DNA of 64,000 nt, taken from a virus (taxonomy: Duplodnaviria > Caudoviricetes). Of this stretch, positions 49,223-60,906 are shown piece by piece. How positions within the stretch are numbered: position 1 is the first letter of the stretch; every line of letters begins with the position of its first letter. Made by a program: the position numbers and the translations under genes. The notes below the pieces were generated by a model. It did not search any database and was not told where the DNA came from. It worked only from the letters and a program-made list of their open reading frames with translations. Location of the stretch: positions 10,791-74,790 of IMG/VR virus record IMGVR_UViG_3300021256_000095; one strand, given 5' to 3'.

Positions 49223-49335
49223 AAATATGGGAGCTACTTTTAGTAGCTCCCTATAATTTTTTTGGTCAATTTTAATTAAATATAAATGCAAGTTTTTTAT
49301 ATATTTTATAAAGAGAAACAAGGAGGTTTGCTAAA

Positions 49336-52300
49336 ATGGCAACACATATTGATAATTCGCAAACTATGTCTGCAACTGACATAAAAAATGCTTTAATCAA
49401 TACTTTTAAACGAAGTGCTGAAAAGTCTGTAAATGAAGCAGCTTATGATAAGACTATTTTAGCAACAATACAGACTTGTACTGATGCTACTATTGGTCAG
49501 TATAAAATCAAATATCAAAATGGTTATTTTACTGCTTATGCACAAGATACTTCAGTAATTTATAATAACCAAGCTTCTGTTTATGTACAAGTTCCAAAAA
49601 ATGACATGAATAATAAGATGTTTATTATTGGACTTGCGACGGATGATACTTCACAGAAAAGTTATATTAATAATCTTGAAGGCGATCAAATTTTTATGAA
49701 AGTTAGTCCTAACTTATTAACAGTTAATGATAATATAGATATGGCTAGCTATTGGAATGCGCCAAATACATATATAAGAGTTCTTTATGATTCAAAGAAA
49801 AATTCTGGCAATCTAATATCTGTTAATACAAACGTATTAGAATATATGAAAAATAAAGGCGCTACTGCGATTCGTTTTGGAGCAGAGTTTAAAACTAATT
49901 TAATAGAAGAAAGAAAGACTGGAAATTATGGTATTAGATTAAGATTAAAATTTGCAAAACGTAATAGCAATAATGAAATAACAGAAGAATATACAAAAGA
50001 TTATGAACTTGATACTTTTAGAATGTCAGGTTCTCCTTTTAATTTTAATGTATATATACCTCAATATCAATATTGGGACGTCCCTTTAGAAGATTTTGAA
50101 GGTGTTGAAACAATATATGAATTTATGACAGGGTTCCCACAAGGAACTATTCCAAGTGAAAGTTTTAGAGATATTTTTATTAAAAATTTAACTTTGCATT
50201 CAGCAATTAAACTTTATAACACTAATAATGATAAATATAAAGTTGAAATAATCGCAGAGAGAGGTACAATTTTTGAAACTGATGATAGTGCTAATACAAG
50301 TTTAAGTTTACTTGGTAATTTAAGAGTTGATGGTAACATTATACCAAATCCCGCATCTCAAGGACTTAAATGCTATTGGGGTAAAGAAGATGTATCTATT
50401 AATACTATAAAGAACCCTCGATATAATGAGCATTTAGGTAAAGGATGGTATTGTTTAAATACTGCTAATAAAAAGAAAAATGATGGTGAAACAGTAGAGC
50501 AATTAAAAAATCCTGATGTATATACATATCAGGCTGATGAAGTTATTCAGAATGCATCTGATATAAGTGGATGGAATAGTCAGTTCTTAATTAATTTATT
50601 AAAGAAAATGTGTCCAGGTAAAACTACTCGAATTAAATGTGTAATTGTCTATCAAAATGTCCCTTATGAACAGATTATTGAAATAACTAATAAAGGTGGA
50701 TACTATATAGTATTAAATACTACTGATAAAGCTACTAATTTTTATAATGGTGCTGGTTTTACTAATATTTTAGCTGGTCTATTTAGAGATAATAATGGTA
50801 GTTTGGATGTTTCAAAAACTCTTCAAGCACATTTTGTATGGAGTGAAATTGACGAAGTTGGATTAGAGAAAAGTCTACCTTTAACTTCTGCGGAAGATAT
50901 ATTATTATCTTATCCTGAATGGGATGTCTCAAAGGATAATGAAACAAAAACTGATACTGAAGTTGAAAATTACTTAAATACGCACCCTGAGGCAAGTTTA
51001 TGTAGAGAAAGATATAATTATTATTTAGATAAATATAGTACATATTTAGCTGATGGCGAAGATATTGATACTTCTATTGAAATGCAAAGAAGTTTAAATA
51101 GAGAAGAAAATATTATTAATACTAAAATTAATAATATTGAACAAATGTATGTATCTAATAATAAAAATGATGCTGGATATTATATATTTGGACCAAGCGC
51201 TGTTACAGGTAGTTATATTAGCAGTAATGTTGCGGCTGGCGCACAAATAGATTCTTCAACTCAATATTTTTATGGTACTACCCAATATAATACTTATAAA
51301 AATGTAAATAATACGTTGTATCATTTAAGAATTAAAAATATTGGTAATAGAGCAACTTATAAAGTAACTGCTTTTATTACTGAGAATGGAATTACTCAAG
51401 CAATAGAAACAAGAGAGATAACGTTAGTAAATACCGTAGCTTCCATGAAATATAATCTTGAAATTGTCAATGGAGACCAAGTATTCATGTATAATGTGGC
51501 GGGGCTCGCGCCAACTATATCTTCAGGCTCTACTACTCCTATTGCTTTAAGACCTTTATATTTTAAACTTTATGGATCTGATGGAGGTTTATTATATGAT
51601 AGTCAAGATCCAAATAATGAGTTATTTAAAACTAATATTACTGAATTATCTCCAAAATGGTCTTATAATACTAAATCTTTAATAAAAACAAGTTTTAGTG
51701 CAGATAACCCTATTTGTGAGATTGATTCTAATAATGGAAATATTTTAATTGTTAATGGACAAGCCTTATTCAAATATGACATACAAGAGCAGTTTGATAA
51801 TACAAAACGAGATAATAGTAATATACAACTTCAAGTTACATATAATAAAGAACAGATAATTGCTTCAACTCATTTTACTTTTGCTAAACAAGGTGAGTTG
51901 GGAACTAATGGTACTGATATGTATCTTGATATAGACGATAATACATACGAACAGTATAGAAGTGACGTATTATCAAGGTCAGATTATTCAGAATTTAATA
52001 ACACAAATGGAAATAATAATACAATAGATTATTTCTATCCTGATCAAAGACATTTGAAAAATACTTATTTATATGCAACAAAAGGATATTCTGCTTCTCA
52101 AACTGAGGTTAATGATATTAACGAGGCTAGATATGTAAATTTAAAATTTGCAAACTCTGGAACAGTAGATGCATCTACAGGAAAAATAAGTCTTCAAGGA
52201 AGTGATTCAGCTACTATTGTTGGATATTGGTATGAAGATGGAAATAGAGAAATTGTTAATGCCGATTCTGAATGGAGTACTGAATTAGACTCTGGATGGA

Positions 52301-54927
52301 TTAAAACGGATAATGATAATCAACAAGACGGTGTTGACACTAAGAAGAAAGTGTATATGACACCTTCTTTTACTTTAACTCAAAGCAAAGGACAACAAAC
52401 TACTTTAAAAATTACTTATTTAAACGATGATCCTCAATATGGATATAAACCAAGTTTAATATCTAATTATGTGGTTGATAATGTAGAATACGAACATATT
52501 GCTAATAATGTAGTTAGAGTTAAATCTGAGAGAGAAGTAGCTTCTCAAATAGATCCGATAACTGGAAATCCAATTAAAAGAGTGAATTATGGATATTATA
52601 CAATTCCTTTTTATTATTTTAATTATGGTTCAAATACTTCAGAGTTAATAGACCCAGCCCGTCATATTGTTATTACAGGAGGATATGATGAAGTTGTCTA
52701 TGATAGTTCAGGTCTTAATCCTGAATATAATAAGCAAACTCCTTTTAAATTTTACTTATTTGATGAAAATGGTAAAGATATAACTCAAGATGTTATTACA
52801 GCTGCAAAGAATGGTACTAGTGGAACAGTAATTGAATGGAAATGTTCTGGCGGTTTCCGCAAGCAGCAATATTCTCCATCAGTTACAGCTTATAGTTCTT
52901 TTGGAGCTAATGAACAATTATATGGAAAATATTGTTCATATAATGGTTCTTATTATAAATGTAATACAAAGCATACTAAAGCAAAAAGTATTACCCTTAA
53001 TGGAAAGACATATGCGGCTGGCGCATTTGTAACACCATATTGGGATAAAGTTGATTATCCAAGTATGATATATCAACAATGTAATTTTATTCCAAATTCA
53101 ACTTATAATTCATTAGTTACAAGTAATTTATTTAATTCATGGATTGAATTAGATATTCATTATAAAGATAAAACTAATAAAACATATATTGCTCAAGCTT
53201 TAATTCCAATAAATGTTATCTGTAATAAATATGGCTCTGAAGAAATTAATGGTTGGGACGGCAAAAAGACTAAAGTAGATGATGCTTATATTATCTCTAA
53301 CAAGGTCGCTGCAGGAGTTAAGAATAACGATAATACTTTTACAGGTGTTACTATTGGACAAAGCTTTTATGCAGAAAATAGTACAAAAAAATCAGAAATA
53401 GGTATTTTTGGTTATGGTCATACTGATTGTGATGTAAATAATCCTAATTCATGGGCAAGAACTTTATTCATAGATGCTAATACTGGTTTAGGTATATTTG
53501 GACCAAGCGGCGGCGCGCAAATAGTCTTAAACCCGCGTGTTTCAGATAATCAGGAACAATGGTCTCGATTAGCTGGATGGTATATGAGTCCAAATTATTT
53601 TTATAAGCCTATTGGAGAAGGAGATGACTTTAATCCTCCAAGTTTTAATGATTTGGCTCAAGGACGGAATTTCAGACCTTCTCAAACCAATAAAGGCTCT
53701 GCTGGTATGTATGTACCATATAAAGGACAAGCTAATGATGATGATACTTTTATATGGGCAAGTAATACTAATATTACTTATCAGAACCCTCAAAACGCAA
53801 AATTTAGAGTAACTTATGGTGGTAAATTATATGCACAAAATGCTGATATAACTGGTACAGTAAGAGCTAATTCAGGATTCTTTGGTAATAATTCAACTGG
53901 AATAAAAATTAATTATACAGATACAAATAATGATAATTATATTCTATGGAATAAGAATTTTTGGGTTAAGAACATTCAAGGTCAACATAATGAAGACATA
54001 GCTGTATATGTGGATGGTAGAATCATGGCACGTTCTGGTCAATTTGGTCAGGTAGGTGAAGATAAAGATGGTACTTCAAGCAATACAGTATTTATTGAAT
54101 ATGCTTGGTATCCTTGGCATCTACCAGCAGATGACGAACCTTGGGATAGTGATCATATGTATCTTGATACTTCTCAAGGTAAAACAAAAACTTATGCTTT
54201 ATATCATAAGAATTTCTATATAGATAATACAGGAGATGTGTTTTTTAATGGTAAAATATTTACTGAGACAGGACGTATCGGTAACTGGGTTATTACAAGA
54301 AGTAAACTTAAATCTGTTGACGGAGGAGTTGAGGTTGGCCCATCTCAAATTAAACTTGGTGCCTTTACCGCAACTGCCGCAGGTCGATTAGAGGGGCCAA
54401 ACTGGTACATTACTCCTGATGGAGTAGCAAGTTTTACAAGTCCTCAAAATGTCTTTACCGCAAAAGAACTTAATATTACTCAAGGAATATTAAGAATACC
54501 AACAGGTAGTAGATTATATATTGGTGATGGTAATGATAATTATTTATATGCGGATGGTGTTAATGGATCTTTCCATGGACCAAAGTTTAGTTTTAGTGAC
54601 ACAGTAGAAGTTACAAATACACTACAATTTGGTGCAGCTCAAGGTGGATATGGAGCTATGGCATTAAGTAAAGACAGAGGTCTCAGAATGGATTATCAAG
54701 GAGATCAATATTATTTCTCGTTAGGTGGAAATATATATTGCAGTACTTTAGAAGTAAAAACAGGTGGAAGAGTGACTGTAGAAGGAATGTCATTAGATAC
54801 CTATATTCAACAAATAATTTATAATAATTTAAGTTCTTTAGGAATTGTAACCAAAAGTGATTTACATAGTTATAATGTTTCTGAAACTGGATTAGTTCAA
54901 AATACAAGGGTTGTTTATGGACCTTAA
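49336..54927 (+). CDS. Large tail tip/fibre protein
   Basis: 1863 aa, beta-rich, GxxGTNG and IGNWVI-type repeats, downstream of tape measure. Confidence 0.65.
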   Translation: MATHIDNSQTMSATDIKNALINTFKRSAEKSVNEAAYDKTILATIQTCTDATIGQYKIKYQNGYFTAYAQDTSVIYNNQASVYVQVPKNDMNNKMFIIGLATDDTSQKSYINNLEGDQIFMKVSPNLLTVNDNIDMASYWNAPNTYIRVLYDSKKNSGNLISVNTNVLEYMKNKGATAIRFGAEFKTNLIEERKTGNYGIRLRLKFAKRNSNNEITEEYTKDYELDTFRMSGSPFNFNVYIPQYQYWDVPLEDFEGVETIYEFMTGFPQGTIPSESFRDIFIKNLTLHSAIKLYNTNNDKYKVEIIAERGTIFETDDSANTSLSLLGNLRVDGNIIPNPASQGLKCYWGKEDVSINTIKNPRYNEHLGKGWYCLNTANKKKNDGETVEQLKNPDVYTYQADEVIQNASDISGWNSQFLINLLKKMCPGKTTRIKCVIVYQNVPYEQIIEITNKGGYYIVLNTTDKATNFYNGAGFTNILAGLFRDNNGSLDVSKTLQAHFVWSEIDEVGLEKSLPLTSAEDILLSYPEWDVSKDNETKTDTEVENYLNTHPEASLCRERYNYYLDKYSTYLADGEDIDTSIEMQRSLNREENIINTKINNIEQMYVSNNKNDAGYYIFGPSAVTGSYISSNVAAGAQIDSSTQYFYGTTQYNTYKNVNNTLYHLRIKNIGNRATYKVTAFITENGITQAIETREITLVNTVASMKYNLEIVNGDQVFMYNVAGLAPTISSGSTTPIALRPLYFKLYGSDGGLLYDSQDPNNELFKTNITELSPKWSYNTKSLIKTSFSADNPICEIDSNNGNILIVNGQALFKYDIQEQFDNTKRDNSNIQLQVTYNKEQIIASTHFTFAKQGELGTNGTDMYLDIDDNTYEQYRSDVLSRSDYSEFNNTNGNNNTIDYFYPDQRHLKNTYLYATKGYSASQTEVNDINEARYVNLKFANSGTVDASTGKISLQGSDSATIVGYWYEDGNREIVNADSEWSTELDSGWIKTDNDNQQDGVDTKKKVYMTPSFTLTQSKGQQTTLKITYLNDDPQYGYKPSLISNYVVDNVEYEHIANNVVRVKSEREVASQIDPITGNPIKRVNYGYYTIPFYYFNYGSNTSELIDPARHIVITGGYDEVVYDSSGLNPEYNKQTPFKFYLFDENGKDITQDVITAAKNGTSGTVIEWKCSGGFRKQQYSPSVTAYSSFGANEQLYGKYCSYNGSYYKCNTKHTKAKSITLNGKTYAAGAFVTPYWDKVDYPSMIYQQCNFIPNSTYNSLVTSNLFNSWIELDIHYKDKTNKTYIAQALIPINVICNKYGSEEINGWDGKKTKVDDAYIISNKVAAGVKNNDNTFTGVTIGQSFYAENSTKKSEIGIFGYGHTDCDVNNPNSWARTLFIDANTGLGIFGPSGGAQIVLNPRVSDNQEQWSRLAGWYMSPNYFYKPIGEGDDFNPPSFNDLAQGRNFRPSQTNKGSAGMYVPYKGQANDDDTFIWASNTNITYQNPQNAKFRVTYGGKLYAQNADITGTVRANSGFFGNNSTGIKINYTDTNNDNYILWNKNFWVKNIQGQHNEDIAVYVDGRIMARSGQFGQVGEDKDGTSSNTVFIEYAWYPWHLPADDEPWDSDHMYLDTSQGKTKTYALYHKNFYIDNTGDVFFNGKIFTETGRIGNWVITRSKLKSVDGGVEVGPSQIKLGAFTATAAGRLEGPNWYITPDGVASFTSPQNVFTAKELNITQGILRIPTGSRLYIGDGNDNYLYADGVNGSFHGPKFSFSDTVEVTNTLQFGAAQGGYGAMALSKDRGLRMDYQGDQYYFSLGGNIYCSTLEVKTGGRVTVEGMSLDTYIQQIIYNNLSSLGIVTKSDLHSYNVSETGLVQNTRVVYGP

Positions 54928-54957
54928 AGACAAAAGAGATAAAAGGAGATAATAAAA

Positions 54958-55197
54958 ATGAATCAAGATATTAATTTAGTTATTGAAAATTTTAAAAATA
55001 GTATAATTTCACAAATAAACAATTCCGGTTTACCAGCCGGAGTTGTTTATTATGTTATAAAAGATGTATTTCAGAATACTGAAACTTCTTATTATAATTA
55101 TATTGGTCAATTAAGGCGGGAAGCTGAGCTTCATGACGCCTCAAAACAAGCAGTCCCGCAAGAAAATGTTATAGAGGACGAAACAGATAAATCTTAA
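54958..55197 (+). CDS. Small tail-associated protein
   Basis: 79 aa, RBS. Confidence 0.5.
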   Translation: MNQDINLVIENFKNSIISQINNSGLPAGVVYYVIKDVFQNTETSYYNYIGQLRREAELHDASKQAVPQENVIEDETDKS

Positions 55198-55250
55198 TAT
55201 AAACTTTTTTAAACTATAATATAGGATTTTAAAGTAGGAGGACTTAACCT

Positions 55251-55712
55251 ATGTTAGAGTTATTATCAAGTTTCTCTATTGCTCAAATACTTATTTTTAC
55301 AGTTTTGTTAGCAATAGCTTTTAAAAAAGTCTCTGATTTTATGGATTGGCTTCAATTAAAAATTTCTAAAAAAAATAAAACTAAACAATCAGAAGAAGAG
55401 TGGAAAACAGAAGTAAAAAATCAAATGAATGATTTCAAAGCTTCTTTAACAAAAATAGACGAATCAGTCACTAAAGTAACTGACAAAGTAAATGTTTTAA
55501 TGGATTCAGATAAAGATGACATAAAAGCTTTTATAACTCAGCAGCATCATTTTTTTGTTTATCAAAAGAAATGGATAGATGATTATAGTCTTGATTGTTT
55601 AGAACATAGATTTCTTCATTATAAAGAAGAAAATGGAAACAGCTTTATTGAACAATTAATGAATGAAATTAGAGCTTTACCAAAGCAACCAACAAATGGG
55701 GAGTCAGAGTAG
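55251..55712 (+). CDS. Holin-like membrane protein
   Basis: N-terminal TM, coiled coil, YKEENGNSFIEQLM C-terminal motif. Confidence 0.5.
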   Translation: MLELLSSFSIAQILIFTVLLAIAFKKVSDFMDWLQLKISKKNKTKQSEEEWKTEVKNQMNDFKASLTKIDESVTKVTDKVNVLMDSDKDDIKAFITQQHHFFVYQKKWIDDYSLDCLEHRFLHYKEENGNSFIEQLMNEIRALPKQPTNGESE

Positions 55713-55758
55713 TCTGTACTCCCCGTAAAATTATATAGAGATAAAAGGAGGTTTAAGT

Positions 55759-57459
55759 ATGAGTAGCGTTGCAGAAAGTGGATTATTTCCACCTATTATA
55801 AATGCTTATATACCTGCTTTAAACATAAAAGAGGTATGGGATCAAGGCTATTTACCTGTTACTTTTAATTTATCTGAGTATAATACTTTATCAGATATAA
55901 TAAGCTATCATATTTCTATTACTAGACAGAGTAATTATCATTCTCTGTTAAATAGTCAAAATTATCCATTAGGAATTTATGGTCATAATTTTAGTCCTGT
56001 TTTAACTGATAATAGTCCTTTAGAGCAGACTATTAATATTCCTATTTCAATTTTAAATCAAAATGAACTATCTTATAATGAATATTATAAATTCCAAATA
56101 AGATTATCAAAAATTTCAATAGATAGTTCATTAACTGGAGCTAACTTATCTAAATACTTAAATGATAACTTAGAATCTTTTTCAGAGTGGTCAACAGTTT
56201 GTTTAATTAGATTTATTTCTCCAGCAACTTTTAATTTGAGCGGCGGCGGAATTACAAGTTTTACAAGTTCTATTAATACTATTCATCAAACTTCATTAAT
56301 TATTAATGGAGAGTATATAAAGACAAAATCAATAGCAAACCCAATTCCTGCATTAATGAAGAATGGAACTCAAGATAATGAATACTTATCTTCATATAAA
56401 ATTCAAATTTTAAATGATTCAAAAGAAGAAGTCTTATTTGATAGCGGAGAGCAATCATTAAATATACATAACCCTAATTATTTTAGTTATAGGATACCTT
56501 ATTATTTTGAAAATGGGTTTGATGGTTATTTAAGATTATCCTACATTACTGCAAATTTATATGAAAATCAAATAGATTATAGATTACAAGCAACTTACTC
56601 AAGAGATTCTTGGGCTAGTCAAAGTGATATTATAGAAATAACTTCAATAGATTCTGTAATAGGTAAAGTAAATATATCGTTTGAGCCTGGAGAAGATATA
56701 GATGCGGTTCCCGCAAGTACAATCACAATACGAAGAGCTTCGGATGAAGATAATTTTACTGTTTGGGATACTATATGGGTAAAAACTTTAAAAGAGAATG
56801 AACTTACTACTTCACTAAGCTATGATGATTTCACTATTGAAAGTGGTGTTTTATATAAATATGAAATTACTTATACAAAAAATAATATTTCTTATTTTAT
56901 TGTAGAAGGTCCAATTATATCAGTTTTTGATTATTCTTTTTTAACAGGCGAAGGAACTCAACTGTGTATTAAATTTAATCCAAATGTTAGTTCTTTTAAA
57001 AGAAATGTTTCAGATAATATAGTTACAACAATAGGAAGTCAATTTCCTTTCATTACAAGAAATGGTAGCATGAATTATAGAACTTTCTCTTTAAGTGGTA
57101 CTATTGCATATGAAATGGATTCACGACATCAATTTGCAAGCCGTAGTACAATATATGGTGATTGGATTAATATTTATGGTTCTTATTTTGTAAATAGATA
57201 TATAAATCAATCTAACGACCGCATAACTCAACGGAAATTTAGAGAAATAGTAATGGATTATTTATACAACGATATTCCAAAATTGTTTAGATCTACTCCA
57301 GAGGGAAATATTTTAGTTAGAATTACTGATGTGAATTTAACTCCTAAACAAGAATTAAGTAGAATGATTTATGATTTCTCTTGTACTGCTACTGAAATTG
57401 GAGAACCTACAATAGAAAATATGAAAATGTATAAAGTACAAGATTTTGGAGAAGCTTAA
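55759..57459 (+). CDS. Distal tail/baseplate-type protein
   Basis: Ig-like N-part; C-terminal YRTFSLSGTI...KLFRSTPEGNILV...YDFSCTATEI. Confidence 0.55.
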   Translation: MSSVAESGLFPPIINAYIPALNIKEVWDQGYLPVTFNLSEYNTLSDIISYHISITRQSNYHSLLNSQNYPLGIYGHNFSPVLTDNSPLEQTINIPISILNQNELSYNEYYKFQIRLSKISIDSSLTGANLSKYLNDNLESFSEWSTVCLIRFISPATFNLSGGGITSFTSSINTIHQTSLIINGEYIKTKSIANPIPALMKNGTQDNEYLSSYKIQILNDSKEEVLFDSGEQSLNIHNPNYFSYRIPYYFENGFDGYLRLSYITANLYENQIDYRLQATYSRDSWASQSDIIEITSIDSVIGKVNISFEPGEDIDAVPASTITIRRASDEDNFTVWDTIWVKTLKENELTTSLSYDDFTIESGVLYKYEITYTKNNISYFIVEGPIISVFDYSFLTGEGTQLCIKFNPNVSSFKRNVSDNIVTTIGSQFPFITRNGSMNYRTFSLSGTIAYEMDSRHQFASRSTIYGDWINIYGSYFVNRYINQSNDRITQRKFREIVMDYLYNDIPKLFRSTPEGNILVRITDVNLTPKQELSRMIYDFSCTATEIGEPTIENMKMYKVQDFGEA

Positions 57460-59692
57460 GAGAGGAGGTAATTTTATGATTAAAAAATATCCTTATTTAA
57501 AAGATATTTCATTTCTTAATAAAATATATGGATTACATAATAAAACAGTTCATGTATTGATTACCTCTTTAGACTGGCAAGAGAGAAAACTTCAAGAAAT
57601 TCAAGGTCGAGTAATTTCATCTTCAATTTCTGTAAATGGAGATTCTGCGGTTAGGCGAACCGCAAACTTATCTATAAAAATATTAAATAATACTGAATTG
57701 TATAATAATATAGATAGTTTATTTTCTATTAATAAGAAGATTTATCTTGAGACTGGACTTCAAAATAGTTATGCTCATTTAGGAGAATATTCTGATTATC
57801 CTATTATATGGTTTCCTTTTGGAGTATATATTATTCAAAATTATTCAATTAATCATGATCCTTCAGGGATTACCATTAATTTAAGCCTTGGGGATAAAAT
57901 GTGCTTATTAAACGGAGATGCTGGTGGAACTATTCCCGCATCAGTTAATTTTGAGTCTATTGATGTATTGGGGCCTGATGGTGATTTACATACTGAATGG
58001 CAAAGAATTAATTCTATTATACCTGAAATGGTTCATCATTTTGGTGGTGAAAATATTGAAAAAATAATAGTTAATGATATAGATGATAAAATAAAACAAC
58101 CTTTAAAGTGGAGAGGAAGCAACCCTCTTTATTTATGGGATAATAATAATATTGCTAATAGAAATATTTTTTATACCACTATTGATACAACATCAATTCC
58201 AAATTATACTAAGAAAAAAATAATTTATAATTATGATGCAGGATATACTTATACTGATTTTGTATATCCTGGTGAATTAGTTGCGGGAGCTGGAGATACC
58301 GTGTGTACAGTTCTTGATAAAATTAAAAATACTTTAGGTAATTATGAATATTATTATGATGTTTTTGGTAATTTTATATTTCAAGAGATTAAAAACTATA
58401 TAAATGTTTCTGAGTGGAGAACCGCCTGGCAAGATTTTACAGAAGATCCATTAAGTTATTTACCTTATGTTTATAATACAAGATTAAATACTGCTGTATA
58501 TAGATTTGATAATTCTGATTTTATTATAAGTTATAGTAATGCCCCGCAATTCAATATGATTAAAAATGATTTTGTTGTATGGGGAAAGAGAAAAAATGAC
58601 ACTGGACTTGAATTACCTTGTCGTTATCATTTAGTAATTGATAAAAGACCTCAATTAGATGAAGATTTATTATTACATCAATTATGTTTTGATATAAGTG
58701 TTGATGACTATATTAAAAGAGCTAATTTTATATCAAATAAATTTACAGAATTAGCTCAGTTAATAGAATATAAACCACAGGGAGAAGTTGGAAAATACTA
58801 TTATATCAGTAGTGAAAATGCAATTTATACATGGATTAATGATATAGATAATTATTATATGTTATTAAATAACTATTTAGCTACAAATGAAAATATTGAA
58901 TCTTCAGGAACTAACTATCAAAGGAACCCAGATGAACCTAATAATGGATATATTAAAATGCCATTAGCAACATACTATGAAGATTTTACTGTTAGTAAGA
59001 ATACTGATTGGAGAAATATTTTATATTATAGAGGATTACAAGATTGGTTAAGAGGTTTAACTGATAATAATCGTACTAATGCGGAAGCTGGATATTATTG
59101 GGCTGAAATGTGCAATGAATGGCCTAAGTTATATGATGTAGAAAACAATCATTGGATTGAAGGTGTTTTAGAAGCTCCATCTTCTTTTGATTGGTGGATA
59201 GATTTTATAGATAATGAGCCTGAGCTTAATAAATTTTCAGTAGATGCTATTGGAAGAAGAAGCTATTCTACAACAGATGAAACTTGTAATTGTGTTTTTG
59301 AACCTGATATTCCTGATGTTATTATAGTGAATGTTGGAGACGAGGAAGGCGTTGTTGATTCACGAAGTGGGTTAACTCAAGCTAGGTTTAAAGAATTGGG
59401 GTTATATCCTACACAAGTATCTGAACCGATTTATGATTCATTAAGCGCAGGAGGTACTTTTAATTCATGTTATCAGCATGTAAGACAGCTATTAACAAAT
59501 TATACAAACTATAATGAAAATATTAATGTCACTTGTTTACCAATTTATCATTTAGAGCCTAATACAAGGGTATTCTTTAATGATCCTGAATCTGGTATCT
59601 ATGGTGATTATATTATAAACTCTATTTCTTTTAACTTAGGAAATACAGGAACTATGAGTATTTCTGCAAGAAAAGTTATAGAAAAAATTTAA
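57446..59692 (+). CDS. Baseplate hub/Tal-like protein
   Basis: SAVRRTANLSI, YYYDVFGNFIFQ, C-terminal HLEPNTRV...GDYIINSISFNLG hub pattern. Confidence 0.6.
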   Translation: MEKLKRGGNFMIKKYPYLKDISFLNKIYGLHNKTVHVLITSLDWQERKLQEIQGRVISSSISVNGDSAVRRTANLSIKILNNTELYNNIDSLFSINKKIYLETGLQNSYAHLGEYSDYPIIWFPFGVYIIQNYSINHDPSGITINLSLGDKMCLLNGDAGGTIPASVNFESIDVLGPDGDLHTEWQRINSIIPEMVHHFGGENIEKIIVNDIDDKIKQPLKWRGSNPLYLWDNNNIANRNIFYTTIDTTSIPNYTKKKIIYNYDAGYTYTDFVYPGELVAGAGDTVCTVLDKIKNTLGNYEYYYDVFGNFIFQEIKNYINVSEWRTAWQDFTEDPLSYLPYVYNTRLNTAVYRFDNSDFIISYSNAPQFNMIKNDFVVWGKRKNDTGLELPCRYHLVIDKRPQLDEDLLLHQLCFDISVDDYIKRANFISNKFTELAQLIEYKPQGEVGKYYYISSENAIYTWINDIDNYYMLLNNYLATNENIESSGTNYQRNPDEPNNGYIKMPLATYYEDFTVSKNTDWRNILYYRGLQDWLRGLTDNNRTNAEAGYYWAEMCNEWPKLYDVENNHWIEGVLEAPSSFDWWIDFIDNEPELNKFSVDAIGRRSYSTTDETCNCVFEPDIPDVIIVNVGDEEGVVDSRSGLTQARFKELGLYPTQVSEPIYDSLSAGGTFNSCYQHVRQLLTNYTNYNENINVTCLPIYHLEPNTRVFFNDPESGIYGDYIINSISFNLGNTGTMSISARKVIEKI

Positions 59693-59725
59693 GGGAGTGC
59701 TTTATTATAAGCACTCCCTATTTTT

Positions 59726-60253
59726 TTATTCCCAATTAAAAGCTTGAGGTTCAGGTTCTGTATGTGTTTTTGCCCATCCTATACATATGGCATCCGCAAT
59801 ATCATCATTTACTATAATATTAAATTTATCTTTTACAAATTCAACGTCACGAATTTTTAAGATTTTTCTATCGGCATTGCCTTGCTTTATTCCACATCTC
59901 TTTCTCCAAGAGCTAGCTCCAATTAATTCCGGTTCTATATTAAAATTATGAAACATTAATAGTAATGCAGCTTGCAAATACATTAAAGGTTTAAAAGTAT
60001 TTTTATTCCTAATCCATTGCTCATTATCTCCAAGATTGTCAGGTAAGACATCTTCTATAATAACTTCACATGGTAGCGGAATATTAATATATATTTTTTG
60101 TATCTCATCAACCATATACTTAATACGTTCTAATACATTTTTTGAATTATTTATAATACATTTATATTCTTTTAATTCTTTACCTTCATATATCGCTATT
60201 CCAGTGCTCTTTGTAGAAGCATCAATAGCTAAAGTTACATTCATTAAAAACAC
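59726..60253 (-). CDS. RuvC-like Holliday junction resolvase
   Basis: LAIDASTKSTG, VIIED, DDIADAICIG. Confidence 0.8.
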   Translation of the reverse strand: MFLMNVTLAIDASTKSTGIAIYEGKELKEYKCIINNSKNVLERIKYMVDEIQKIYINIPLPCEVIIEDVLPDNLGDNEQWIRNKNTFKPLMYLQAALLLMFHNFNIEPELIGASSWRKRCGIKQGNADRKILKIRDVEFVKDKFNIIVNDDIADAICIGWAKTHTEPEPQAFNWE

Positions 60254-60439
60254 CTCCTATATTATTTTCAGTATATCAAAATTTTTATTTTTTGTCAAGC
60301 GCGCTTGGTGCTAAAATTTAGTCAACGATTTTTTAAAAATAATGAATAAATTATCGTTTTTTCTATTTCTGCTTTAAAAGTTAATTAATAATTAACAGTA
60401 CAAAAAATAAAATGGCTGACAAAAGTCAGCCATTTTTTA

Positions 60440-60904
60440 TTAATTAGTTCCGGTTGATCCAAAACCGCCCTCACCACGAGATGTATTATCTAATTCTTCA
60501 ACTTCTTCAAACTCATAAGGAGTAAATTCATGTACTACTAACTGAGCTATTCTATCACCTTGATGAATCATTTGTGTGTATCCACTCTGATTATAAAGTG
60601 CCACGATAAGCGGTCCCCGGTAATCTGAATCAATTACCCCTACTTTATTAGCTGGCGCTAACCCCTGCTTAATACTAAGTCCAGATCTTGCATAAACGCC
60701 ACCCCACGTATTTTCAGGCAGGGCAACCGCAATCCCAGTATTTATTTTTACAGTTTCATTAGGTAAGATCATTAAAGTCCAATCTTTACTGCTTTTAAAA
60801 TCACCAAAATTATCTGCATACAAATCAAATCCCGCAGCATATTCACTACCTTTTGTAGGTATTTTTGCAGTTTCTGTTAATCTCTTAATCTTAATAGTTT
60901 CCAT
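60440..60904 (-). CDS. dut: dUTPase (trimeric)
   Basis: All five motifs: AGFDLYA, RSGL, GVIDSDYRG, RIAQL, RGEGGFGSTG. Confidence 0.95.
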   Translation of the reverse strand: METIKIKRLTETAKIPTKGSEYAAGFDLYADNFGDFKSSKDWTLMILPNETVKINTGIAVALPENTWGGVYARSGLSIKQGLAPANKVGVIDSDYRGPLIVALYNQSGYTQMIHQGDRIAQLVVHEFTPYEFEEVEELDNTSRGEGGFGSTGTN

Positions 60905-60906
60905 TT

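Noticed and set aside
41740-54907. Short alternative-frame and antisense ORFs inside the tape measure and tail-tip genes
   Set aside because: No RBS or coherent composition; expected by chance in long genes
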